From Bryobacteraceae bacterium (GTDB lineage Bacteria; Acidobacteriota; Terriglobia; Bryobacterales; Bryobacteraceae): a stretch of 64,000 nucleotides of DNA. Under the pieces are notes generated by a model that worked only from the letters and a program-made list of their open reading frames with translations, was not told the origin of the DNA and did no database searches. The stretch spans positions 18,175-82,174 of the forward strand of contig DATKKV010000013.1 in NCBI GenBank assembly GCA_035542735.1. Reading direction: 5' to 3'. The translations under genes were made by a program, and so were the position numbers. Of this stretch, positions 49,040 through 58,357 are shown piece after piece (the first letter of the stretch is position 1; each line of letters opens with the position of its first letter).

Positions 49040-50416
49040 TTACTCCAAATCAATGACGACATAACGCAGTTTCGACCCTCTTTGAATTTGAAGCACCGCG
49101 GGCGCGCCCGGTTTCATCTGATCGAGCACGGATCGCATAGCGGCTATGGAAACCACCGGAGTCTTGTTCAATTCGTAGATCACATCGCCGGGCTCTAGCA
49201 CCGACCCCGGCGAGTCGCTCGCACGCGCCGCCACCACGATGCCGTATTCGTGGCGCAGCTCGGGCAGCATGTCGAAGAGCTCTTCGGTGATCTCAATCGC
49301 CAGAATCCCAAGGCGGCGGATCAGGTTCTTTTCCGGATTCACCATGTCGGCGAAGCGCTGCGGATCGTCTTCGCGATCGATCACGGGGATGCTGAAGCTC
49401 AGCATCTTGCTGTCGCGTTTCACGGTCACGTCGACAACGGCCGAAAGAGGCTCCTGGTAGAGGAGAGTGTTCAGTTCCCTGGCGCTGTCCATTTCCTTGC
49501 CACCCAAGGTGACGAGGATGTCGCCGGGCTTCATGCCGGCCTTGGCTGCCGGACCATCGGGCGTGACGTCGGCGGCGATGACGCCGAAATCCTGCGGCAG
49601 GGACAATCCCTTGGCGAGCGACGGAGTGATGGTCTGCGCCACGATCCCGATCTGGCCGCGGTGGACGTGGCCGTCCTTCATGATCTGGTCGAAGCTGGAG
49701 CGCGCCACGTTGCTGGGCACGGCGAAGCCGATCCCCTCGCTGCCGCCGGATTGGGACAGGATGAACGTGTTGATGCCTACCACATGGCCTTCGGAATCCA
49801 CCAGAGGTCCCCCGCTGTTCCCCGGATTGATGGGAGCGTCCGTCTGCACGTAAGTCATCGGATCGTCCTGTTTCAATTGCCGCGCGGTGGAGCTGACGAT
49901 GCCCATGCTCACCGAGCCCTCCAGGCCCAACGGATTCCCCAGCGCGAGCACCAACTGGCCCTGCCGCAGCTTGCTCGAATCGCCGAGGATCAGCTTCGGC
50001 AGGCCGGCCTTGTCGATCTTGATGACCGCCAGATCCGCCTCGCGATCCACGCCGATCACTTTAGCGGGCAAGGCCGCTTCAGCCATGCGTCCGCGGCTGG
50101 GATTGTGCAGCTTCACCTCGATTTTCATGGCGTTGTGAACCACGTGGTTATTGGTGAGGATCAGCCCGTCCTCGGACAGAATCACGCCGGAGCCGGTGGA
50201 GAGCTGCTTCGAGAGCAGGCTGGCGGCGCTGGTGCCTTCGCCCTCCTCGGCGGCTGCATAGGTGGTGGAAAAGATCTGCACCACCGAGGGCCGGACGCGG
50301 GCGACCAGCGATTCGAGCGAAGCGCTCAGGTCGCCCAAAGACGCGGTACCCCGGATCTGCGGGAACGCGGGCGCGGAAACGAGAATCAACGGAACGATCA
50401 GGTTAGGGACGCGCAT
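49040..50416 (-). CDS. HtrA/DegP-family periplasmic serine protease (two PDZ domains)
   Basis: Catalytic triad context: LTNNHVV (His), DLAVIKI (Asp), GNSGGPLVD (Ser). Two PDZ-like segments. Confidence 0.9.
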   Translation of the reverse strand: MRVPNLIVPLILVSAPAFPQIRGTASLGDLSASLESLVARVRPSVVQIFSTTYAAAEEGEGTSAASLLSKQLSTGSGVILSEDGLILTNNHVVHNAMKIEVKLHNPSRGRMAEAALPAKVIGVDREADLAVIKIDKAGLPKLILGDSSKLRQGQLVLALGNPLGLEGSVSMGIVSSTARQLKQDDPMTYVQTDAPINPGNSGGPLVDSEGHVVGINTFILSQSGGSEGIGFAVPSNVARSSFDQIMKDGHVHRGQIGIVAQTITPSLAKGLSLPQDFGVIAADVTPDGPAAKAGMKPGDILVTLGGKEMDSARELNTLLYQEPLSAVVDVTVKRDSKMLSFSIPVIDREDDPQRFADMVNPEKNLIRRLGILAIEITEELFDMLPELRHEYGIVVAARASDSPGSVLEPGDVIYELNKTPVVSIAAMRSVLDQMKPGAPAVLQIQRGSKLRYVVIDLE

Positions 50417-50452
50417 CTACCTTCATCGTGGCACAGAGTCCGGCCGGAGGCA

Positions 50453-51208
50453 TCAGCTCCGTTTCGGACGCAGGAACCCAACGCCGATGCAGAGGAGCAT
50501 CACGCTCCAGAACACCCAGAACGCCGGAGACGACGAATCCTGGAACTTCACCCGTTCCGGCTGCGCCGCTGAGTTCAATCCCCAGTCGACCAGCAGTTTG
50601 ATTCCGATCGTCAGCACGAGCAAATACGCGGATATCTCCAGGCGCGGGAACAGTTCCAGCAGCTTGACGAAACCCGCTGCCGCCACCCGCATCAGCATCA
50701 CGCCCAGCATGCCTCCGGTGACCACCACCCACAGCTTCGGATGCGGACCCACGGTTCCGGGAGGCGCACTCCCCACCAGCGCGATGGCCGCCAGAATGGA
50801 ATCGACAGCAAAAGCAATATCGGTCAACTCGATGCGTGCCACGGTGGACCAGAAGCCGGGAACAGACTGCCCGGCGGGAACATCCTCATCGTCCTCGATA
50901 TCCTTCTTTCCCCCTTTTCCCTGCTGTTTTTCCAGGAAATGCTGCACTGAGATCCAGACCAGATACGCTCCGCCCGCCAGCTTCACGATCCGCCAGTGCA
51001 ACAGATACGCCGCGGAGCCGATGGCGATGAAACGGAACGCGAACGCGCCCACCAGTCCATAGGTGAGCGCCTTATTGCGGAGGGCCTTCGGCAGCTTGCG
51101 GACGAGCAGCGCCAGCACCAGTGCGTTGTCGATGGAAAGAAGCCCTTCGAGCAACACCAGCAACGCAATGACGCCGAGGTCCTGGGGACTGTAGGTCTGG
51201 CCGAACAC
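50453..51208 (-). CDS. TerC-family integral membrane protein
   Basis: GTG start; LLEGLLSIDNALVLALL and ELTDIAFAVDSILAAIAL TerC motifs. Confidence 0.85.
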   Translation of the reverse strand: MFGQTYSPQDLGVIALLVLLEGLLSIDNALVLALLVRKLPKALRNKALTYGLVGAFAFRFIAIGSAAYLLHWRIVKLAGGAYLVWISVQHFLEKQQGKGGKKDIEDDEDVPAGQSVPGFWSTVARIELTDIAFAVDSILAAIALVGSAPPGTVGPHPKLWVVVTGGMLGVMLMRVAAAGFVKLLELFPRLEISAYLLVLTIGIKLLVDWGLNSAAQPERVKFQDSSSPAFWVFWSVMLLCIGVGFLRPKRS

Positions 51209-51223
51209 TAGGGAAGCGCCCCG

Positions 51224-51277
51224 GAATCCCCTGGCTCACGCCAGAGGTCACAGCCCCGTCCCGTCAGGGCGGGGATC
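51224..51277. repeat. REP-like double-hairpin element, copy B (left half degenerate)
   Basis: GAATCCCCTGGCTCACGCCAGAGGTCACAGCCCCGTCCCGTCAGGGCGGGGATC. The reverse complement of the right half (GATCCCCGCCCTGACGGGACGGGGCT) is nearly identical to the left half of copy A. Confidence 0.65.
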
Positions 51278-51302
51278 AGGTCACGTTCTCGCCTCAGCAT
51301 GC

Positions 51303-52196
51303 TTAGTTGGACCCGGGCGCGTAATAGCCATGCCGGGCGCGCACCACCAGGTCCTTCCGGTTTCTTACCACTACTTTCACCGCGTGATACAGGCCATCTG
51401 CCTTGAACGGATCCGGACGGAACAGGACGGCGTACTGATGGCGCAGCTCATTGGCGATGTTTTCGAAATCCTGAGCCATGTCCTGCGCTTTGAATGGGAA
51501 AAACGCCAGGCCTCCGGTTTCCTGCGCGAAGTACTTCAACACTTTGTCGCCGTCGCTTTCAATCCCCGTGCGGTTGGTCGAAATGGCGTAGATCACCACG
51601 TCGGCTTTATGCGCCATCTCGAGTGCCTGTTCGCGGGTCCAGCGGCTTTGATTGTCCTCGCCGTCGCTCAGGATCACCATCGCGCGGCGGTATTTTTCCA
51701 TCGGTTGATCCTGGGTTAACTTGTCGCGGCAGGCAAAGAAGATGGCGTCGTATAGGGCGGTGCCTCCGCCGGGCCGCAAGCCGCGGATGGCGCTGCCCAG
51801 CTTGTCGGTGTCGTCAGTAAGGTCCGTCACCAGTTCCGCGCTCATATCGAAACTCACCACGGCGGCCTTATCCTGGCGCGGTCGGATCACCGTGTTGATG
51901 AAATCGGTCGCCGCCTCCTGTTGGAATTTGAAACGCTCCCGAATGCTGTTGCTGGTGTCGATCAGGATGGCAAGCCGCAGGGGCAGATTGCTTTCCGAGT
52001 TGAATTGGACGATCATCTGCGGCTTCTTGTTTTCGAGAATCTCAAAATCGTTCTGCGTCAGATCGTTGACGAAGCGGCCCTTCTTATCGGACACGGTGAA
52101 CAGAAGATTGACGCGCGTCACGTCCACCACGATGCGCGTCTGGTCCTGCGCAAAGAGCGTCAAGGTCATCGCGAAGAGTGCGGCGGCTTTTTTCAT
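51303..52196 (-). CDS. secreted VWA domain protein (acidobacterial VWFA-related type)
   Basis: Signal peptide, N-terminal VDVTRVNLLFTVSDKKGRFVNDLTQNDFEILENKKPQ, and the MIDAS-like LAILIDTSNS. Confidence 0.8.
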   Translation of the reverse strand: MKKAAALFAMTLTLFAQDQTRIVVDVTRVNLLFTVSDKKGRFVNDLTQNDFEILENKKPQMIVQFNSESNLPLRLAILIDTSNSIRERFKFQQEAATDFINTVIRPRQDKAAVVSFDMSAELVTDLTDDTDKLGSAIRGLRPGGGTALYDAIFFACRDKLTQDQPMEKYRRAMVILSDGEDNQSRWTREQALEMAHKADVVIYAISTNRTGIESDGDKVLKYFAQETGGLAFFPFKAQDMAQDFENIANELRHQYAVLFRPDPFKADGLYHAVKVVVRNRKDLVVRARHGYYAPGSN

Positions 52197-52214
52197 GCGA
52201 GCTTGTACCTAAGA

Positions 52215-53108
52215 TTATAGGAGCTTTTCGAGCCACTGCCGTAATTCGTGCGGCAGCGGAGCCGCGACGCTGACCCGTTCCCCCGTCGCCGGGCTATCGA
52301 AGCGGATGCGCCAGGCGTGCAGAAAAATCCGCTCTGCCGGGCGAGCCCCGTACAGCTTATCGCCTGCCACCGGATGCCCGATGGCGGCGAAGTGCGCGCG
52401 GATCTGATGCGTGCGCCCGGTGCCGATCCGCACTTCGAGATACGTGCAATTCTTAAAGCGTTTCAGGACGCGATACTCGGTCAGCGCCTCGCGGCCGTGG
52501 TCGAGCCGCGCCGTCATGCGCGTGCGATGCACCGGGTCGCGAGTAATCGGCTTAGTGATGCGTCCCGATTCAGTCTTGACGTGGCCTTCGACCAGGGCAA
52601 GATACGTTTTTTCCGTGGTGCGTCCGGAAAATTGCGCCGCCAGCGCCCGGTGCGCGGCATCCGTGCGAGCCACCAGCATCACGCCGCTGGTGCCTCGATC
52701 CAGCCGGTGCACGATCCCCGGCCGCAGTTCGCCGCCGACCTTTGAGAGCGCTTGAAAATGATGCACCAGGCGGTTCACCAGCGTCCCGGAAAGCGCGCCC
52801 GCTCCCGCATGGACCACCAGGCCGGCGGGCTTATTCACGGCGATTACCGAGGCGTCTTCATAGAGAACCTCGATGGGCGCGTCCTCCGGCTCGGCCTTCA
52901 GCGGTGGCGGCTCAGCGGGCGTCACTTCGATGGTCTCGCCGCCGCGCAGCGTTGTGGATGGCTTCGCCGCCGCGCCATCGACCAGCACCAGGCCCTCCTT
53001 GATCCAGGCCTGTAAACGCGCGCGGCTATAGCCGATCATCCGGCTTTGCAGGTACTGATCGAGCCGAACACCCGCGTGTTCGGCTTCCGTGAGGAAGGAA
53101 AGGGCCAC
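52215..53108 (-). CDS. rluD: RluA-family 23S rRNA pseudouridine synthase (RluD-like) with S4 domain
   Basis: N-terminal S4-like RLDQYL and the catalytic HRLDRGTSGVMLVA. Confidence 0.9.
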   Translation of the reverse strand: MALSFLTEAEHAGVRLDQYLQSRMIGYSRARLQAWIKEGLVLVDGAAAKPSTTLRGGETIEVTPAEPPPLKAEPEDAPIEVLYEDASVIAVNKPAGLVVHAGAGALSGTLVNRLVHHFQALSKVGGELRPGIVHRLDRGTSGVMLVARTDAAHRALAAQFSGRTTEKTYLALVEGHVKTESGRITKPITRDPVHRTRMTARLDHGREALTEYRVLKRFKNCTYLEVRIGTGRTHQIRAHFAAIGHPVAGDKLYGARPAERIFLHAWRIRFDSPATGERVSVAAPLPHELRQWLEKLL

Positions 53109-53137
53109 TCGTGTATTCTAAATAATACAAAGGAAAC

Positions 53138-53980
53138 ATGATTCGATCCGCTGTTGTCCCCGTGGCCGGCCTCGGCACCAGACTTCTTCCCGCAACCCGT
53201 TCCCAGCCCAAGGAAATGCTCCCGGTGGCGCGCAAACCGGTGGTGGAATACGTGATCGACGAGCTGGCCGCCAATGGCATTGAGCAGATTTTGTTCGTGA
53301 CGGGACGCAACAAGACCTCGATTGAGGATCATTTCGACACCGGCGCGCATGAATCGGCCGCGCCGACCAAGTTTTTCTATACGCGCCAGGGCTCGCCGAA
53401 AGGTTTAGGCGACGCCGTGCTTTCGGGCGAGCATTTCGCCGGGCATGAGCCGTTCGTGGTCGCACTCGGCGATTCGATTCTCGGCCTGCACGCGCAGTCC
53501 AAGGCCGTTTCCCGCATGATCGACGTGTTCGAAAAGCACGCCGCCGCCTGCGTGGTCGCGGTGGAGGAGGTGCCTCTGGCCGAAACCGGGCAGTACGGTA
53601 TTGTCGATCCGGCGGAGGTTCATAAGGATGCGGTCCGAGTGGCTCATCTGGTGGAGAAACCGGGCCCGGAGAAGGCTCCCAGCCGCCTGGCCATCGCCGG
53701 ACGATATATCTTTTCGCCCAGGATTTTCGACGAAATCCGCCGCGTGGAGGCCGATAAGCGCGGGGAAATTCAGTTGACCGACGCCATTGAGCGCATGTGC
53801 ACCGCCGGGCTTCGCGTTTACGCGGTCGTGCTCACGCCCGAGGAGCGCCGCTACGACGTCGGCAATTTCCCGAGCTACTTTGAGGCCTTCATGGAGTTCG
53901 CCCTGGCCGATCCGGTGCATGGGGCGGAACTGATGGAAGTTCTGAGGAAGAAATTCGGTGTAGCCGGCTCGTCAGAGTGA
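53138..53980 (+). CDS. galU: UTP-glucose-1-phosphate uridylyltransferase
   Basis: AVVPVAGLGTRLLPATRSQPKEMLPV, and the later VEKP. Confidence 0.9.
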   Translation: MIRSAVVPVAGLGTRLLPATRSQPKEMLPVARKPVVEYVIDELAANGIEQILFVTGRNKTSIEDHFDTGAHESAAPTKFFYTRQGSPKGLGDAVLSGEHFAGHEPFVVALGDSILGLHAQSKAVSRMIDVFEKHAAACVVAVEEVPLAETGQYGIVDPAEVHKDAVRVAHLVEKPGPEKAPSRLAIAGRYIFSPRIFDEIRRVEADKRGEIQLTDAIERMCTAGLRVYAVVLTPEERRYDVGNFPSYFEAFMEFALADPVHGAELMEVLRKKFGVAGSSE

Positions 53981-54031
53981 ATCCCCGGGCTGATGCCCGG
54001 GGTTATCACCCCGTACGTGAGTGCGGGGATT
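53979..54031. repeat. REP-like double-hairpin element, copy C (starts inside the galU stop codon)
   Basis: GAATCCCCGGGCTGATGCCCGGGGTTATCACCCCGTACGTGAGTGCGGGGATT. Confidence 0.7.
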
Positions 54032-54041
54032 GGAGTCACCT

Positions 54042-54845
54042 CTACCTATCCTCTTCCTGCTTCCCGCTGGACGGGCGCGTGATGTCTTTCAGCGCGTAGT
54101 CCGGAGGAACCTGGAAGAGTGTGGGCGCGGGCTCGCCACGATTGATGTTGGTCAATTTATAAGTGTTCGTGCCGGTGCGGGGATCGGTGCGCGTGCTCAT
54201 CACCAGAACGTGCAGATCGGGCGAGAACCATCGCTCCATCACGATCACGATTGGCTGCTCATTGCCAATCCTGCCCGCAGGGATGGTGTTGGTACGGCGC
54301 GCTCCCTCAACCCGCACTCCTTCCATCATCTGCGTGCCGAGGTCTTCCCTTTCGGCCTCCGACTGCGAGGGAACGTAATTGCGCAGAGGGAGGGTGGGGC
54401 TGAGGGAGCCGCCTCCTCCCGTCGAATGAATCACGATCGGCTCGACCTTGGCCTTCAAGATCGACTCAAGGTCCATCTTCGCCGCTACCTTCGGCTCATC
54501 CACCACGGACTTTGGCAGGAAGGTCTTCACGGCTATTTTGTCTTCCGGCTGCAGCGTGTATTTCACGCCCTCCACCGGATCATAGATGAAGACCGACATC
54601 GCCACGCCGTCGCTTCCGACGTTGTTGTCGCTCCGCTCCCGCCCCTGACTGTCCCGGTAGCGCAAGTTGATCGTGGTGTTCACAATGCGATTGCCGTCGG
54701 CGAGGACCTGCACGTCCTCGCTCACTTCCTGTGCTGAATAGGGGGCGCTCTTCACGGCCGCCGCCATCCTCTGCCCCTGCATGCTCAAACCACACAGGAT
54801 TCCGAAGAGTGCGATTGTTTTCATCCTTCCAGGCCTCGCTTTCAT
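54042..54845 (-). CDS. hypothetical secreted protein
   Basis: Start chosen at MKARPGRMKTIALFGILCGLSMQG, with GAGG 5 nt upstream. No family recognised. Confidence 0.5.
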   Translation of the reverse strand: MKARPGRMKTIALFGILCGLSMQGQRMAAAVKSAPYSAQEVSEDVQVLADGNRIVNTTINLRYRDSQGRERSDNNVGSDGVAMSVFIYDPVEGVKYTLQPEDKIAVKTFLPKSVVDEPKVAAKMDLESILKAKVEPIVIHSTGGGGSLSPTLPLRNYVPSQSEAEREDLGTQMMEGVRVEGARRTNTIPAGRIGNEQPIVIVMERWFSPDLHVLVMSTRTDPRTGTNTYKLTNINRGEPAPTLFQVPPDYALKDITRPSSGKQEEDR

Positions 54846-54886
54846 CTTAGCCTCGATTTTCCCCAATGCTACACTGAAAAAAAGAA

Positions 54887-56284
54887 ATGACCTACGACGT
54901 GATTGTCATCGGGAGCGGTCCCGGTGGGTATTCGGCCGCCATCCGTGCGGGCCAGTATGGACTGAAAGTCGCCTGTATTGAAGCCAATCCGCGGCTGGGC
55001 GGGACGTGCCTTCTGGTGGGCTGCATCCCAACCAAGTCGCTGCTCCACACGGCCGAGGTTTGGGACCGGTTCCTGCACTCGGAAGAGGAAGGGATTCATT
55101 GCGAGAATCCCCGCCTCGATTACCCGCTGGTGAGCGACCGCAAGAACAAGATCGTTTCCAAGCACTCCAAGGGCATCGAGTTTCTGTTCCGCAAGAACAA
55201 AGTCGATTGGATCAAAGGATGGGCGAAGCTGGCCGGTCCGGGCAAGGTCGAGGTGACGGCGCCGGATGGAGCCAAGACTATCTACGAGACCAAGAACGTA
55301 GTGCTGGCCACCGGCTCCGCGGCTCGCATGCTGCCAGGTTTGCAGCCCGATTCGAAGCGCATTCTGACCAACATCGAGATTCTCGACTTGCGCGAGGTTC
55401 CCAAGACGCTGGCAGTACTGGGCGCGGGCGCGGTGGGTGTGGAGTTTGCCTCCTGTTTCAACCGCTTCGGCTCTAAGGTGCAAGTGTTCGAGATGCTGCC
55501 GCGCATTGTTCCCGTGGAGGACGAGGAAGTCTCCAAGGAGCTGGCGCGCGTCTTCAAGAAGCAGGGGATACGCGTGGAAACCGGGGCTCGCGTGGAAAAT
55601 ATTCAGTCTACTGATAACGGCGTTCGCTTCGAGGTCGCTCTGGCAGACGGCAAGCGCGAAACGGTCGAGGTGGAATCGCTTCTGGTCGCCGTCGGACGCA
55701 GGCCCATCACCGAAAATATCGGCCTGGAAGGCACTGGCGTGGAACTGGATCGCGGATTCGTGAAGGTCGACTCCATGCAGCGCACGGGCGAGCCGGGCGT
55801 CTACGCGATCGGCGATATCGTCGCCGGGACCCCGCAACTGGCGCACGTCGCGACGGCCGAGGGGATGGTGGCCATCGCCCAAATCGCGGGCAAATCGCCT
55901 ACGCCGATCAACAAGCTGCGCATCCCGGGATGCACGTATACAGAGCCGGGCATTGGCAGCGTCGGCTTGACCGAGGCGCAGGCGCGCTCCCAGGGGTACG
56001 AGGTGAAGATCGGCAAATTCCCCTTCGCGGCGAACAGCAAGGCGACGATTCTGGGTTCGCACGATGGGTTCGTGAAGGTAGTCTCCGATGCTAAGTACGG
56101 AGAGATTCTGGGCGTCCACATCATCGGGCCGCAGGCCTATGAGCTGATCGGCGAAGCGGTGCTCGCGATGGAGGCCGAGGCGACGGTGGACACGGTGATC
56201 CACGCCATCCACGCGCATCCGACGATTTACGAAGCCGTCGGCGAGGCGTTCAACGCGGTTTACGGGCAAGCGATCAATGCTTGA
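54887..56284 (+). CDS. lpdA: dihydrolipoyl dehydrogenase (E3)
   Basis: YDVIVIGSGPGGYSAAIRA, redox-active GGTCLLVGCIPTK, and C-terminal HAHPT. Confidence 0.95.
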   Translation: MTYDVIVIGSGPGGYSAAIRAGQYGLKVACIEANPRLGGTCLLVGCIPTKSLLHTAEVWDRFLHSEEEGIHCENPRLDYPLVSDRKNKIVSKHSKGIEFLFRKNKVDWIKGWAKLAGPGKVEVTAPDGAKTIYETKNVVLATGSAARMLPGLQPDSKRILTNIEILDLREVPKTLAVLGAGAVGVEFASCFNRFGSKVQVFEMLPRIVPVEDEEVSKELARVFKKQGIRVETGARVENIQSTDNGVRFEVALADGKRETVEVESLLVAVGRRPITENIGLEGTGVELDRGFVKVDSMQRTGEPGVYAIGDIVAGTPQLAHVATAEGMVAIAQIAGKSPTPINKLRIPGCTYTEPGIGSVGLTEAQARSQGYEVKIGKFPFAANSKATILGSHDGFVKVVSDAKYGEILGVHIIGPQAYELIGEAVLAMEAEATVDTVIHAIHAHPTIYEAVGEAFNAVYGQAINA

Positions 56285-56320
56285 GAGAGTTTGGCCGCCG
56301 ATGAACACAGATAAACGCCG

Positions 56321-56992
56321 ATGATCGCGACCGAACTCAGGTGTGAAGTTCGGGACCTCGGCCGCATGCGCTATGCGGACGCGCTGGAAAAGCAGCGCGA
56401 ATTCGTGGAAAAGAGGAAGAGCGGAGCGATTTCCGATTCTTTCCTTATTGTCGAGCACCCCCACGTTGTGACCATGGGGCGCAACGGGCATCATGAGAAT
56501 CTTCTCGCCCAGCCGGAGCTTCTGGCGCGCTCCGGCATCGAGTTTTTCGAAACCGACCGCGGTGGCGACGTGACCTACCACGGCCCCGGGCAGATCGTGG
56601 GCTACCCGATCCTCGATCTGAGAGAATGGAAACGCGATGTGCACGCCTACGTGCGTGCCATCGAGCAAACGATCATCGACGCGCTGGCAGGATTCGGCAT
56701 CGCGTCGGGGCGCGAGGCGGGCGCGACGGGCGTCTGGACCAGCGAGGGCCAGGGAGATCAGGCGAAGATCGCGGCGATCGGCGTTCATATCAGCCGCTGG
56801 ATCACCTCGCATGGCTTCGCGCTGAACGTGGATACGGATTTGAATTACTTCCGGTACATCGTACCGTGTGGTTTAACAAGGCCAGTGACCTCGATGCGGA
56901 GCCTGGGCTGCCAGGCAGCGCGAGGGGAAGTGGCCGCGGCACTTATAGACAACTTCGGACGCGTATTTAACCGGCACATGGAGACCTTATGA
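56321..56992 (+). CDS. lipB: lipoyl(octanoyl) transferase
   Basis: VEHPHVVTMGRNG, TDRGGDVTYHGPGQIVGYPIL, KIAAIGV and PCG motifs. Confidence 0.95.
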   Translation: MIATELRCEVRDLGRMRYADALEKQREFVEKRKSGAISDSFLIVEHPHVVTMGRNGHHENLLAQPELLARSGIEFFETDRGGDVTYHGPGQIVGYPILDLREWKRDVHAYVRAIEQTIIDALAGFGIASGREAGATGVWTSEGQGDQAKIAAIGVHISRWITSHGFALNVDTDLNYFRYIVPCGLTRPVTSMRSLGCQAARGEVAAALIDNFGRVFNRHMETL

Positions 56993-58332
56993 TTGACGTC
57001 GTAATGCCCCAGATGGGCGAAAGCATTGTTGAGGGAACGCTGACCAAGTGGCTGAAAAAGCCCGGCGAGACGATCGGGCGCGATGAGCCTCTGTTCGAGA
57101 TTTCGACCGACAAGGTGGATACCGAGATTCCGTCGCCCGCCGCCGGCGTGCTGGCCGAGGTTTTGGTGGAAGAAGGCAAGACGGTGGGCATCAACACGGT
57201 CGTTGCTCGCATCAACGACGGCGCAAGCGCGCCTGCTCCGGCTCCTGCTCCCGTGGTGCAGGCCGCGCCGGCGCCCGTGGCTGCTGCTCCCGTTCCGCTA
57301 GTGGAAGCGCCCGCGCCTGCGCCTGAGCCTTCCACACCGATTGTCGAAGAGACCGGGCCGCTGTCGCCTCTGGTGCGCAAGATGGCTCGCGAGCACAACA
57401 TCGATTTGAGCGTGATCAAGGGCACCGGCGCTGGGAATCGCATCACCAAGCAGGATCTGGACGCGTATCTGGCTGCGCGCAATGCCGCGGCCGCGGCGCC
57501 GGTTGTGCATGCTCCACCGCCTCCGCCTCCTCCGCCCGCTCCGGCACCGGTCGTGCATGCTGCCCCGCCTCCGCCACCCCCGCCGCCGCAAGGTGTCGCG
57601 ACGATTCCGCACACCGTCGACATGACCTCGCCGATGCCCGGCACACGCGTCGAGCAGATGAGCGTCATGCGCCAGCGCATTGCAGAGCACATGGTGTTTT
57701 CGAAGCATACCTCGGCGCACGTGACTACGGTGCACAAGGTGGATTTCACCAAGGTCGCCAAGATCCGCGACAAGGCGAAGGCCAACGTGCAGGCTCAGTA
57801 TGGATTCTCGCTGACGTTCCTGCCGTTTGTTTTAAAAGCCACCTGCGTGGCTCTGCGGCAGTTCCCGATCCTGAACGCGTCGATTCAGGGCAACACGAAC
57901 ATCATTTACCATCGCGACATCAATTTGGGGATCGCGGTCGCCCTCGAAAACGGCCTGATCGTGCCGGTGATTCGCAATGCGGATGAAAAGTCAGTGATCG
58001 GCCTGCAGCGCTCCGTGGCCGATCTCGCCGCGCGCGCCCGTTCACGCCAGCTTCGTCCGGACGAAGTGAAGGAGGGGACCTTCTCCATCACCAATTTCGG
58101 CAGCTTCGGCAGCGTCTTCGCGACGCCGGTGATCAACCAGCCGCAAGTGGCGATCCTGGGCGTGGGCACCGTGGAGAAGACGCCGGTGGTGATCGATGAC
58201 GCCATCGCGATCCGATCCATTGCATATTTGGCGCTGACATTCGACCATCGCCTGATCGACGGCGCGCTGGCAGACCAGTTCACCGGGAAGATCAAGTCGA
58301 TTCTGGAGAGCTGGAGCGAGGAAGTTTCGTAA
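56989..58332 (+). CDS. 2-oxoacid dehydrogenase E2 (dihydrolipoamide acyltransferase), single lipoyl domain
   Basis: Lipoyl domain with EISTDKVDTEIPSP, PSBD LSPLVRKMAREHNIDLSVIKGTG, and catalytic DHRLIDGA. The substrate class is not assignable because no E1 gene lies in the window. Confidence 0.9.
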   Translation: MIDVVMPQMGESIVEGTLTKWLKKPGETIGRDEPLFEISTDKVDTEIPSPAAGVLAEVLVEEGKTVGINTVVARINDGASAPAPAPAPVVQAAPAPVAAAPVPLVEAPAPAPEPSTPIVEETGPLSPLVRKMAREHNIDLSVIKGTGAGNRITKQDLDAYLAARNAAAAAPVVHAPPPPPPPPAPAPVVHAAPPPPPPPPQGVATIPHTVDMTSPMPGTRVEQMSVMRQRIAEHMVFSKHTSAHVTTVHKVDFTKVAKIRDKAKANVQAQYGFSLTFLPFVLKATCVALRQFPILNASIQGNTNIIYHRDINLGIAVALENGLIVPVIRNADEKSVIGLQRSVADLAARARSRQLRPDEVKEGTFSITNFGSFGSVFATPVINQPQVAILGVGTVEKTPVVIDDAIAIRSIAYLALTFDHRLIDGALADQFTGKIKSILESWSEEVS

Positions 58333-58357
58333 GCCAGCAGCCGGTAGCCAGCCAGAA

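Noticed and set aside
49250-50572. 440-aa plus-strand ORF
   Set aside because: It is antisense to the HtrA/DegP gene, which has its catalytic triad and PDZ domains.
54869-56812. 647-aa minus-strand ORF, the longest unexplained ORF in the track
   Set aside because: It is antisense to lpdA and lipB, both unambiguous. Its Arg/Asp/Leu-rich translation has no motifs.
56967-57785. 272-aa Gly/Ala/Thr-rich minus-strand ORF with poly-Gly runs
   Set aside because: It is the antisense mirror of the Pro/Ala-rich linkers of the E2 gene.
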